Assembly: GCA_002010665.1 (NCBI GenBank)
Contig: MTON01000022.1
Coordinates: forward strand, 59,966 to 123,965
DNA from: Candidatus Aminicenantes bacterium JdFR-78
Lineage (GTDB): Bacteria; Acidobacteriota; Aminicenantia; JdFR-78
Length of the DNA: 64,000 nt
Direction of reading: 5' to 3'
Shown here: one piece after another, positions 19,735-27,748 of the stretch
Position numbering within the stretch: position 1 is the stretch's first letter
How the letters are laid out: each line of letters opens with the position of its first letter
Translations under genes and position numbers: made by a program
Notes under the pieces: generated by a model
Told to the model about the DNA's origin: nothing
What the model saw: only the letters and a program-made list of their open reading frames with translations
Databases searched by the model: none

Positions 19735-19949
19735 TTTTTCCTACCTGTTTTGATTATAATATTTTAAAAATCTTTATTTGTCAACGAAAATCAAACTTTT
19801 TTGAAGAAGAAAAACAGTGAAATGTGGCAGGATATACGAATGATTGCATTTTTTTCAGATTATAAATGAATAGTATGGTTCCTGCCACATGAGAAATATA
19901 AATTAAAACTAAAGAATTTGCAAGATTTTTTCTTTTCATTTATTTTCTA

Positions 19950-19978
19950 TTGACAAATTAATTTTTTAATATTATAAT
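19950..19978 (+). promoter_or_regulatory. sigma-70 promoter with perfect TTGACA-N17-TATAAT upstream of the MarR-family gene
   Basis: TTGACA at 19950-19955, 17-nt spacer, TATAAT at 19973-19978, about 30 nt before the ATG at 20009. Confidence 0.55.
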
Positions 19979-20008
19979 TAGGATTCCTAACTAATTGGGG
20001 AAACAGGA

Positions 20009-20629
20009 ATGATGAGTAAAGAAAAGATTAAGAGAGATTTGGATGAAAAAATCGCCTTTAGCTTAGAGAGAATTTCACAGATTTTTAAAATTCTAATATG
20101 GGAGAAAGCAAAGAAAATTAATTTAAGTCCAATACAGATTCAATTTCTCCTCTATTTAAATAATCATGAATCTCTTCAATGTACAGTAACTAACTTGGCT
20201 CGGGAGTTTGCACTCACTCGAGCAACAGTCAGCGATGCTGTAAAATCTTTAATTAATAAGGGTTTGGTCTTAAAGAAAAGGTCAGCAAAGGATGGGCGCA
20301 TTTATACTCTAAAATTGAGCAAGAAAGGGGAAAAAGCTGTCAATGAATTAACAAACTGGTTGAATCCTGTTAAAGAACAACTTGGAAAATTTCCAGAAGA
20401 AGTAAAAGATAGAGTTTTATTTTTTTTGATGAAATTTATAGCTTCTTTCCAGAAAATCGGCGTTATAAACACCGCGAGAATGTGTATAGTATGCATTTAT
20501 TTTAAAGAGAATGCTTTTCCAGGAAGCGATAAGCCACATTACTGTCTTTTAACAAATCAACCCCTTGCTCTCTCTGATTTAAAAATTGATTGTGAAAACA
20601 ATAGACCAAAAATAATGGATAAAAAATAA
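20009..20629 (+). CDS. MarR-family transcriptional regulator with Cys-rich C-terminal extension
   Basis: 206 aa; winged-helix core (LSPIQIQFLLYLNNHE...LAREFALTRATVSDAVKSLINKGLVLKKRSAKDGRIYTLKLSKKG); C-terminal CIVCIY...HYCLL...DCEN cysteines. Confidence 0.7.
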   Translation: MMSKEKIKRDLDEKIAFSLERISQIFKILIWEKAKKINLSPIQIQFLLYLNNHESLQCTVTNLAREFALTRATVSDAVKSLINKGLVLKKRSAKDGRIYTLKLSKKGEKAVNELTNWLNPVKEQLGKFPEEVKDRVLFFLMKFIASFQKIGVINTARMCIVCIYFKENAFPGSDKPHYCLLTNQPLALSDLKIDCENNRPKIMDKK

Positions 20630-20635
20630 ATAATA

Positions 20636-21856
20636 ATGGAGGAAAAAATGAACAAGTTATTCACAAAGAAGGAAGCTTTAAAGGAGTTAATCAAAAGACT
20701 CCATAAAGGAGAAGACCCAAGAAAGATTAAACAGGAATTTAAAGAACTTTTAAAACAGACCGCACCTAATGAAATTGCAAAAGTTGAAGAAGAACTAATA
20801 AAGGAAGGGATGCCAAAAGAAGAAATTCACAAACTCTGTGATGTGCATTTAGCTCTTTTTCAAGAGTCTCTGGGCCAAGAAGAACATATTGCGCCAGAGG
20901 GACACCCTATACATATTCTTATGGAAGAACATAAAATGTTACTTAAATTTTCAGATGAATTGAAAAAAATAATTAATGAGATGAGAGCTTTTAAGGATTT
21001 AAACTCTGCTGGTGAAAAAAGAGAACACTTAATCCATATCATTGAACACTTAAAAAGTTCCGAGAGCCATTATGAAAGAGAGGAAAATGTTCTCTTCCCA
21101 TATCTTGAGAAACATGGAGTCACTCAACCTCCTGCAATTATGTGGATGGAACATAATAAAATAAGAGAAATCAAGAAAGGAATTTACAAGCTTGTTGATG
21201 AATACAAAAAGTTAGTATTCGAAGATTTTGTAAAGAGGTTAGAGGAAAGCGCAATGTCTCTTGCTGAAATATTTTCAAACCATTTTCTTAAAGAAAACAA
21301 AATTCTTTTCCCTACTGCTCTGAATGTAATAAAAGAGGATGAGTGGATAGAAATAAGAAAGGAATTTGATGAACTTGGTTATTGCTGTTTCACTCCTGAA
21401 GTGAAAACATGGGGTCCTGAAATAAAAGCCGGAGAAATTACATCAGAGGAGAAAGAAAATTTAATTAAGTTTGAAACAGGTTCCTTATCTCGTGAAGAAA
21501 TAGAGGGAATTTTTAATACCCTTCCAATTGACATTACCTTTGTGGATAAGGAAGATACAGTGCGATATTTCAGTCAATCTAAGGAAAGAATTTTCACAAG
21601 AACCAAAGCAGTAATAGGTCGAAAAGTTCAGCAATGTCATCCTCAAAAGAGTATTCATATAGTAAATCAGATACTTGAAGATTTCAAAAAAGGAAAAAGA
21701 GAAGTAGCAGAATTCTGGATAAATTTTCAGGGACGACTTATTTACATTCGCTATTTTCCTGTTCGAAATGAAAAAGGAGAATATCTTGGCTGTCTTGAAG
21801 TCACCCAGGATATCTCAGACATAAAAAAGATTGAAGGCGAAAAAAGATTACTTTAA
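20636..21856 (+). CDS. DUF438 / hemerythrin-like HHE cation-binding / PAS sensor protein
   Basis: 406 aa; N-terminal DUF438-like segment (EALKELIKRLHKGEDP...EIHKLCDVHLALF); hemerythrin-type His/Glu motifs (HILMEEHKML, HYEREENVLFPYLEKHG, MWMEHNKIREI); C-terminal PAS-like fold; begins 7 nt after the MarR gene. Confidence 0.75.
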   Translation: MEEKMNKLFTKKEALKELIKRLHKGEDPRKIKQEFKELLKQTAPNEIAKVEEELIKEGMPKEEIHKLCDVHLALFQESLGQEEHIAPEGHPIHILMEEHKMLLKFSDELKKIINEMRAFKDLNSAGEKREHLIHIIEHLKSSESHYEREENVLFPYLEKHGVTQPPAIMWMEHNKIREIKKGIYKLVDEYKKLVFEDFVKRLEESAMSLAEIFSNHFLKENKILFPTALNVIKEDEWIEIRKEFDELGYCCFTPEVKTWGPEIKAGEITSEEKENLIKFETGSLSREEIEGIFNTLPIDITFVDKEDTVRYFSQSKERIFTRTKAVIGRKVQQCHPQKSIHIVNQILEDFKKGKREVAEFWINFQGRLIYIRYFPVRNEKGEYLGCLEVTQDISDIKKIEGEKRLL

Positions 21857-22444
21857 AAAATTAAAATCAAAAGAACTACTTTTTTTAATCCAATAAATTC
21901 GCTTAATTATTATTGGAATAGCTAAAAATAAAGGTAAAAAACTTATCCATAGATTTTTTCCTGTAAGAAGCATAATTATAATATAAATACTTCCTCCAAA
22001 GAAAACAGCTAATTCCATTGCTATAAGAGAGTTTAGAATTAATCCTATAATTAGTGAAATAAGCAAATAAATGGGGTAAAACATAAATAGAATTCCAATA
22101 GAAGTAGCTAAACCAGTACCTCCTTTAAAACCTAAAAAAATTGACCAATTATGCCCACAAATACAAAGAATTGCTCCCAAAATAAAGAAAATATTATTTA
22201 CTTCATTTAATCCTAAATTTAATCCTATTGCACGAGCTAAAAGTACTATGGAGACTCCTTTAGCAAAATCCATTATTCCAACCAAAATTCCCCATTTCCA
22301 TCCAAGAATATCTCCTACATTTCCTGCTCCAGCATTTCCTGAGCCTAAAGTAAATATACTTTTTTTCATTTTCCAATAAACAATGAAAAAGGAAAATGAA
22401 ATAGAACCTATTAGATAAGATATAAATGGGAATAAATAAACCAT
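21848..22444 (-). CDS. plsY: glycerol-3-phosphate acyltransferase PlsY
   Basis: PlsY signature GSGNAGAGNVGDILGWKWG and YLIGSIS near the N-terminus. The track ORF extends to 22486 from a GTG; the family-consistent start is the internal ATG (MVYLFPFISYLIGSIS) at 22444. Confidence 0.8.
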   Translation of the reverse strand: MVYLFPFISYLIGSISFSFFIVYWKMKKSIFTLGSGNAGAGNVGDILGWKWGILVGIMDFAKGVSIVLLARAIGLNLGLNEVNNIFFILGAILCICGHNWSIFLGFKGGTGLATSIGILFMFYPIYLLISLIIGLILNSLIAMELAVFFGGSIYIIIMLLTGKNLWISFLPLFLAIPIIIKRIYWIKKSSSFDFNFLK

Positions 22445-22482
22445 TTTATTAAAAAAAGATTTCCGAGGCCGGGAGGACAAAT

Positions 22483-22629
22483 TCACTCTTTTTTAAAAGC
22501 TGACCAGAACCCCAAAATGCCAATAATTACCCCCACAATAATAAAGTGAATTGGGCTCATCCAAATCTTTGCAATTCCATTAATAATTAGCCACAATCCG
22601 AGAATACCAATTATTATGCCCTTCCACAT
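22483..22629 (-). CDS. small two-helix membrane protein (48 aa)
   Basis: Not in the ORF track. Strong SD AAAGAAAGGAGGTGAGAAAAT before the ATG at 22629. Translation: MWKGIIIGILGLWLIINGIAKIWMSPIHFIIVGVIIGILGFWSAFKKE. Stop TGA at 22483-22485. Confidence 0.5.
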   Translation of the reverse strand: MWKGIIIGILGLWLIINGIAKIWMSPIHFIIVGVIIGILGFWSAFKKE

Positions 22630-22706
22630 ATTTTCTCACCTCCTTTCTTTTAAAAATTAATTTAAGGATTTTCCTCTTTTTACTCCCGGCCTCCTTAGAA
22701 TTTAGA

Positions 22707-22721
22707 GCAAGAAATGTGCCA
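22707..22721 (-). promoter_or_regulatory. sigma-54 (-24/-12) promoter TGGCAC-atttc-TTGC
   Basis: Minus strand reads TGGCACATTTCTTGCT, with GG and GC 12 nt apart as in the consensus TGGCACG-N4-TTGC. The predicted start (about 22695) coincides with the inverted-repeat arm GGAGGCCGGGAG. Confidence 0.55.
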
Positions 22722-22826
22722 GAATAGAAGGATTTTTGCCTTTATTTGTATGTAATTGATTGTAAATAAATTATAAATAATTAGGGAGTTTTTATTTAAT
22801 AGAATCTGTTTTTATTAGTTGAAAAG

Positions 22827-22845
22827 TGCTAATAAAATATTAGCA
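22827..22845. promoter_or_regulatory. 8-3-8 palindrome TGCTAATA-aaa-TATTAGCA plus an extra TTATTAG half-site; candidate enhancer-binding-protein site
   Basis: Perfect dyad about 110 bp upstream of the 22707-22721 sigma-54 promoter. A related half-site TTATTAG at 22813-22819 forms a second dyad with CTAATAA at 22829-22835. Confidence 0.35.
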
Positions 22846-22853
22846 GTTTAAAA

Positions 22854-24260
22854 TCAATTTTTATAATCTTCAGGAAAAATTTTGTTTCTTTTAAGAAGAG
22901 CTTGAAACTGCCTTCTATTCATTCCTATCTCTCGAGCTGCTCTTGATATATTTCCTTTATGTTTACTTAATAAGCTTATAGCAAATTTCCTTTCTACTTC
23001 TGAAGCTGCTCTTTGGCGTGCTATTTTTTTTGCTTTATTAAGTTCCTCTTTTGAGAAAGGAAATTTTACTTGTTCCTCAACAGCACTTAAAATTTCAGAT
23101 GGAATATCTCTTATAGTCAAGTTTCCATCAGGAGAAAGAATGAGCATACGCTTAATACAATTTTCAAGTTCGCGAACATTTCCTGGCCAATGATAGAGAG
23201 AAAAAACACTCAATATCTCTGGAGATACATTTATATTTGCATATCTCGTTAAACTTTTATATTTCTCAATGAAATGATTAACGAGTAAGGGAATATCTTC
23301 TAATCTTTCCCTTAATGGAGGAATTTTGATATTTAAAACGTTCAGTCTATAATACAAATCCATTCTAAAATTCCCTTTTTCTACCTCTTCTTTTAAATTT
23401 CGATTAGATGTGCATATTAATCTTATATTTAAATTTATAGGATTTACTCCTCCAATTCTCGTTATTTCATACTGCTCAATTGCTCTGAGAATCTTGGATT
23501 GAAGATTAAGAGGCATTTCAGCTATCTCATCTAAAAGGAGGGTGCCATTTTCAGCAATTTCGAATTTTCCTTTTTTAGTATAAATTGCTCCTGTAAAGGC
23601 GCCTCGTTCATGACCAAATAGTTCGCTTTCAAGCAGTTCTTTAGGAATGGCAGCACAATTAATAGCAACAAAAGGTCCATTAGCTCGAGGACTGTTTTTA
23701 TGAATGCCTCTTGCAATTAATTCTTTCCCTGTTCCACTTTCTCCCTCAATTAATACTGGCTCATTAGTTTGAGAAATTTGAGCACAAAGTCGAATAATTC
23801 TTTCCATCTCAGGGTTAGCAGTAATAATTTGTTCAAAACCATAATGTTTATCGAGTTCTTTTTTAAGCCTTATATTTTCCTTAATTAAGTTATGATAAGT
23901 CAAGCCTCTTTCAATTATTAATTCAACCTCTTTTATTTTAATTGGTTTTAGTAAATAATCATAAGCCCCTTTTTTCATTGCTTCCACAGCTGATTCAATT
24001 GTTCCATAAGCTGTCATAATAATTATTGGTATATTAGGATTAATTGCTTTTATTTCTTCTAATAAACTTATACCATTTATTCCTGGCAATCTTAAGTCAG
24101 TTAAAACAAGATCTATTTCAAAAGACTTTATAATATTTAGAGCTTCTTTACCATTTGTGGATATTATTATTTCATATCTATCCTTCAAATTAATTTCCAA
24201 AAGTTTACAAAGTTTAATTTCATCATCCACAATAAGAATTTTTTGTTTATTAGTGTTCAT
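22854..24260 (-). CDS. sigma-54-dependent response regulator (NtrC family)
   Basis: 468 aa; receiver domain (ILIVDDE...DLVLTDLRLPG); AAA+ sigma-54 activator core (GESGTGKE, GAFTGA, RELEN); C-terminal Fis-type HTH. Confidence 0.9.
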   Translation of the reverse strand: MNTNKQKILIVDDEIKLCKLLEINLKDRYEIIISTNGKEALNIIKSFEIDLVLTDLRLPGINGISLLEEIKAINPNIPIIIMTAYGTIESAVEAMKKGAYDYLLKPIKIKEVELIIERGLTYHNLIKENIRLKKELDKHYGFEQIITANPEMERIIRLCAQISQTNEPVLIEGESGTGKELIARGIHKNSPRANGPFVAINCAAIPKELLESELFGHERGAFTGAIYTKKGKFEIAENGTLLLDEIAEMPLNLQSKILRAIEQYEITRIGGVNPINLNIRLICTSNRNLKEEVEKGNFRMDLYYRLNVLNIKIPPLRERLEDIPLLVNHFIEKYKSLTRYANINVSPEILSVFSLYHWPGNVRELENCIKRMLILSPDGNLTIRDIPSEILSAVEEQVKFPFSKEELNKAKKIARQRAASEVERKFAISLLSKHKGNISRAAREIGMNRRQFQALLKRNKIFPEDYKN

Positions 24261-26373
24261 GTTTTATTGGAAGATAAATTCTAAATACAGTTCCTTTTCC
24301 TTCAATACTATCAAATGATAGCATGCCACCCAAGTTTTGTGCAATCCTACTTGCCACTGATAAACCCAAACCAGTTCCTTTTTCTTTAGTAGTAAAAAAC
24401 GGATTAAAAATTTTCTCTTTTATCTCGGGTGAGATTCCACATCCAGTATCCCTTATTTCAATAACTATCTTATTTTTTTCTGAAACACGCGAAACAATTT
24501 TCATCTCACCACCATCAGGCATTGCCTCAATAGCATTTAACATCAAATTAATTAAAAGTTGTTCTAATTGATGTTGATCTGAATTTATAGAAGAAATTTT
24601 AGGGTCGCAATCTACTACAATTTTAATTTTTTGCTTAGAAGCTCTATCATGTATGAGAGCAACACATTTATCAATTATATTTTTAATGTTACATAAAGAA
24701 AAATGTGGTTTAGAAGGTCTTGCAAAACTTAGGAAATTATTAATGAATTTATTCAATCTATTAACTTCCTCAAGAATGAATTTTGAAATTTCTTTTCTTG
24801 TTTTACTATTTATATGATTTTTTTGAAGTGTCTCGGCTGAAGCTGAAATAATGCCAAGTGGATTTCTTATTTCATGAGCTATTCCTGCTGAAAGTTCTCC
24901 TAAGGCAATTAGTTTTTGAGAACGAGCCATTATCCTTTCTGCTTCTTTTAATTCTTCAGCCATGACCGCTCTTGAAAGAGCAGCAGAAACATGCTTTGAA
25001 AATAAAAATAAAAGATCTAATTCTTTTTGACTCCAACCCTTCTTAGACAATTTATTACCTAATAGAATTATACCTTCAACTTGGTCTTTATGTAACAAAG
25101 GAAGAATTAAGGAAATCTCTTCCTTGAATAACAATTGAACGATTTGCGATTTTTCGTAAAAAGATTTTAAAAATTCTATTTCAATTGGCAACCTATATTT
25201 TTTGATAAAATTCATTATTTGATCCGAGTTTGAAATTTTAAACTCGGAATAAAAATTAAAAGAACTCACAATTTCATATTTTTTATTTTTTTTATTCAAA
25301 AGAAAAATAGCTACCTTTTTTACATTCAATTGTTTTTTTAGAAAGCTTACAATTTCTGTGGTAATCTCATTTAAGTTTATATTATCAACTAGAAATTCAT
25401 AAAATTCTTCTATTTTTCTTTTCAAACTGTATCTTCCTCTGTAAAAAATCCTATCCACTCCGTACTCCGTGGCTTTCACGAGAGGTCTAGAAAGGATTAC
25501 AATTAATATAATCAAAAGACTTTCTACAATAATTGAACCTTCATGGGTTTTCTTTCCTATCATCTCACCTAAATTCTTTATTAATAAGACATAGATAGCC
25601 ATAACTATTCCAGATAAAATAAAATATGATATTCCCCCTCTAATTATGAAGTAAATATCAAGAAGATGTAATCTTAAAACCGCGATAGCGAAGAAAAGAC
25701 TTATTAATATGGAATATGTACTAAAAAGATAAAGTAATGGAAGACCTAATTTAAGAAAATGATTTGTCAAATCTATTCCAAGTCCAAAAAGTACCATTAA
25801 GGTAATACCTGTAATGAGATATTTTATCTGGGTTTTCTCGCGTGCTGTATTGATTCGTTTTAATGAAGATATAAGATTGCTTATTCCGATTAAAGAAAAT
25901 ATTAAGATAAATGATGACAATGCAATATAAGAAATATAGAAAGATAAAGGTTGATCAGCTACTACATGATGATAATAATAAATATTTCCGAATTCTTTAA
26001 TTTTTTCGAGCCTTATCTCCATAGAGGAGAAAACAAAAGTTAAAAAGAGTGTTGGTAACAAGTAGAAAAGTACAACTCTTTTTTTACTGTTAAAAAAGTT
26101 CGAAATTTTTCTTGGAAATATTGCAGAAAAATGCAGAAAAAAAACTGAGCTGAAGAAAAAGCCAGCTAATCCAATTTTTGCTCCTATATCAGCAAGATAG
26201 TGTGTTTTACTATTGATCATTATAAAATCTCCAATATCCCATACAGCAAATGAAAAAATATAAAGAAATAAAAGGATATTCTCTGTTTTTTTAAAATTGT
26301 GTGATAGAACAATAAAAGCAATACTTAAATTTATGGTGAAAGCTATAATTGAAGGTATAGAATAATAATTCAT
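24250..26373 (-). CDS. sensor histidine kinase with multi-TM N-terminal sensor region
   Basis: 707 aa; about 8 predicted TM helices in the first 290 aa; HisKA (LSAGIAHEIRNPLG) and HATPase_c (NLMLNAIEAM...IEIRDTGCGI...GTGLGLSV) motifs; stop overlaps the response-regulator start. Confidence 0.85.
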   Translation of the reverse strand: MNYYSIPSIIAFTINLSIAFIVLSHNFKKTENILLFLYIFSFAVWDIGDFIMINSKTHYLADIGAKIGLAGFFFSSVFFLHFSAIFPRKISNFFNSKKRVVLFYLLPTLFLTFVFSSMEIRLEKIKEFGNIYYYHHVVADQPLSFYISYIALSSFILIFSLIGISNLISSLKRINTAREKTQIKYLITGITLMVLFGLGIDLTNHFLKLGLPLLYLFSTYSILISLFFAIAVLRLHLLDIYFIIRGGISYFILSGIVMAIYVLLIKNLGEMIGKKTHEGSIIVESLLIILIVILSRPLVKATEYGVDRIFYRGRYSLKRKIEEFYEFLVDNINLNEITTEIVSFLKKQLNVKKVAIFLLNKKNKKYEIVSSFNFYSEFKISNSDQIMNFIKKYRLPIEIEFLKSFYEKSQIVQLLFKEEISLILPLLHKDQVEGIILLGNKLSKKGWSQKELDLLFLFSKHVSAALSRAVMAEELKEAERIMARSQKLIALGELSAGIAHEIRNPLGIISASAETLQKNHINSKTRKEISKFILEEVNRLNKFINNFLSFARPSKPHFSLCNIKNIIDKCVALIHDRASKQKIKIVVDCDPKISSINSDQHQLEQLLINLMLNAIEAMPDGGEMKIVSRVSEKNKIVIEIRDTGCGISPEIKEKIFNPFFTTKEKGTGLGLSVASRIAQNLGGMLSFDSIEGKGTVFRIYLPIKHEH

Positions 26374-26708
26374 TTTAATTATACGATTTTAAAGTGGTTT
26401 ATCCCTCCTACAGAAATTGATAATTTGAAATATAAACATTTTTATTGATCTTATAACCCTATTTTCTTTTATATCAGATTATCGAAATATTTTTTGCTAT
26501 AATGACGAATCACTTATACCTTTTTCTTTTACATTGAGAGGTATAACATAGCTAAAATATTAATGTCAAATATCAAAGATTTTTTGAAAGTTTTTTCCTA
26601 TATTGTTACCTTTTTACCCATTTTTATAAAATTTTTTCTAATTATTTAAATTTTCCATAATTTAATCTATTGACAGATAAATAAATTCTAAAAACTTTGT
26701 AAAAAAAA

Positions 26709-26724
26709 TGGCATAAATTTTGCA
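26709..26724 (+). promoter_or_regulatory. sigma-54 (-24/-12) promoter TGGCAT-aaatt-TTGCA
   Basis: GG at 26710-26711 and GC at 26722-26723 (12-nt offset); predicted start about 26735 at AGGAGG, 11 nt before the ATG of the DUF4382-like gene. Confidence 0.55.
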
Positions 26725-26745
26725 TATAAAGATTAGGAGGCAACA

Positions 26746-27267
26746 ATGAAAAAAATAGTATTTCTTACTTCAATATTAGTCATTTTAATCACCTTAACTA
26801 TTATTTATTGTTCCTTGTCTAAGTCCAGACAAATAGGGAATTTGCAGATTTATTTGAAAGATACACCAGTTGAGAATGCGGATAGTATTTATGTCACAAT
26901 AAACCAAGTAAGAGTTCAAAAGACTGGTGGAGGTTTTATCACAGTTTCACAAAGCATCCGAACCTATGATTTATTAAAATTGAGTCAAAAACAAGAACTT
27001 CTATTAGATACTAATTTAGAAGAAGGCATGTATACCCAAATTCGTCTTTCCATTAGCTCAGGTGAAATTATAATCCAAGGAAAATCCTACCAGATGATTG
27101 TTCCTAGTGAAGAGATAAAAATTCCGGTAGTTTTTGAGATCGAAGAGAAAGAAAAGACTAAAATAGTATTAGATTTTGAAGTTGAAAACTCGATTTTAGT
27201 TACAGGCACAGGAGAGAATAAAGTTTATATCCTTAGACCTGTGATAAGAGTAGAAAGCGTAAGTTAA
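26746..27267 (+). CDS. DUF4382-like lipoprotein
   Basis: 173 aa; signal plus Cys lipobox (IIYCS); family-like segments (LQIYLKDTPVENADSIYVTINQVRV, RTYDLLKL, VLDFEVENS). Confidence 0.55.
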   Translation: MKKIVFLTSILVILITLTIIYCSLSKSRQIGNLQIYLKDTPVENADSIYVTINQVRVQKTGGGFITVSQSIRTYDLLKLSQKQELLLDTNLEEGMYTQIRLSISSGEIIIQGKSYQMIVPSEEIKIPVVFEIEEKEKTKIVLDFEVENSILVTGTGENKVYILRPVIRVESVS

Positions 27268-27274
27268 AAAAATT

Positions 27275-27748
27275 CTAAAAACTTCTTTTATATTTTTTTA
27301 GCTCTGCTTCCATTTCTCTGCGACGGTCCCTCTCCCTGAGAGCTTCTCTTTTCTGATAAACCTTTTTCCCTTTTGCAAGAGCAAGCTCTACCTTTACAAG
27401 ACCTTTTTTATTAAAATACATTCTCACTGGAATCAATGTGAGGCCCTTTTCTTTTACCCTTCCCATAAGTTTTTTAATTTCCTGTTTATGGAGGAGCAAC
27501 TTCCTGGGTCTCTTTGGCTCGTGATTTAGATATGTAGCTGCGCTATAAGGTGCAATATGACAATTTATCAAAAAAACCTCTCCATCCTTTATTTCAGCAT
27601 AACTTTCTTTCAAGCTCACCTTCCCCTCTCTTATTGACTTTACCTCGCTTCCGAGTAAAGAGATTCCTGCCTCAAGGGTTTCAATAATTTCATAATTAAA
27701 AAAGGCTTTTTTATTTGTCGCTATGATTCTCTCAGCTTGTACCGTCAT
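27275..27748 (-). CDS. smpB: SsrA-binding protein SmpB
   Basis: 157 aa; conserved SmpB core (IATNKKAFFNYEI...GLTLIPVRMYFNKKGLVKVELALAKGKK) and basic C-terminal tail. Confidence 0.9.
   Translation of the reverse strand: MTVQAERIIATNKKAFFNYEIIETLEAGISLLGSEVKSIREGKVSLKESYAEIKDGEVFLINCHIAPYSAATYLNHEPKRPRKLLLHKQEIKKLMGRVKEKGLTLIPVRMYFNKKGLVKVELALAKGKKVYQKREALRERDRRREMEAELKKYKRSF

Noticed and set aside
19823-19848. TGGCAGG...TTGCAT as a possible sigma-54 promoter
   Set aside because: The GG-to-GC spacing is 20 nt instead of 12, so it does not fit the -24/-12 geometry. The TGGCAGGA is instead part of the 11-bp inverted repeat.
22444-22486. N-terminal 14-codon extension of plsY from a GTG (track ORF 21848-22486)
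   Set aside because: PlsY proteins begin a few residues before the conserved YLIGSI segment. The internal ATG at 22444 fits this. The extension overlaps the inverted-repeat arm and the stop of the small upstream ORF.
27275-27748. A tmRNA (ssrA) gene next to smpB
   Set aside because: Flanking intergenic regions (26374-26745, 27268-27274) show no tRNA-like acceptor/T-arm or resume-codon structure. ssrA is presumably elsewhere.
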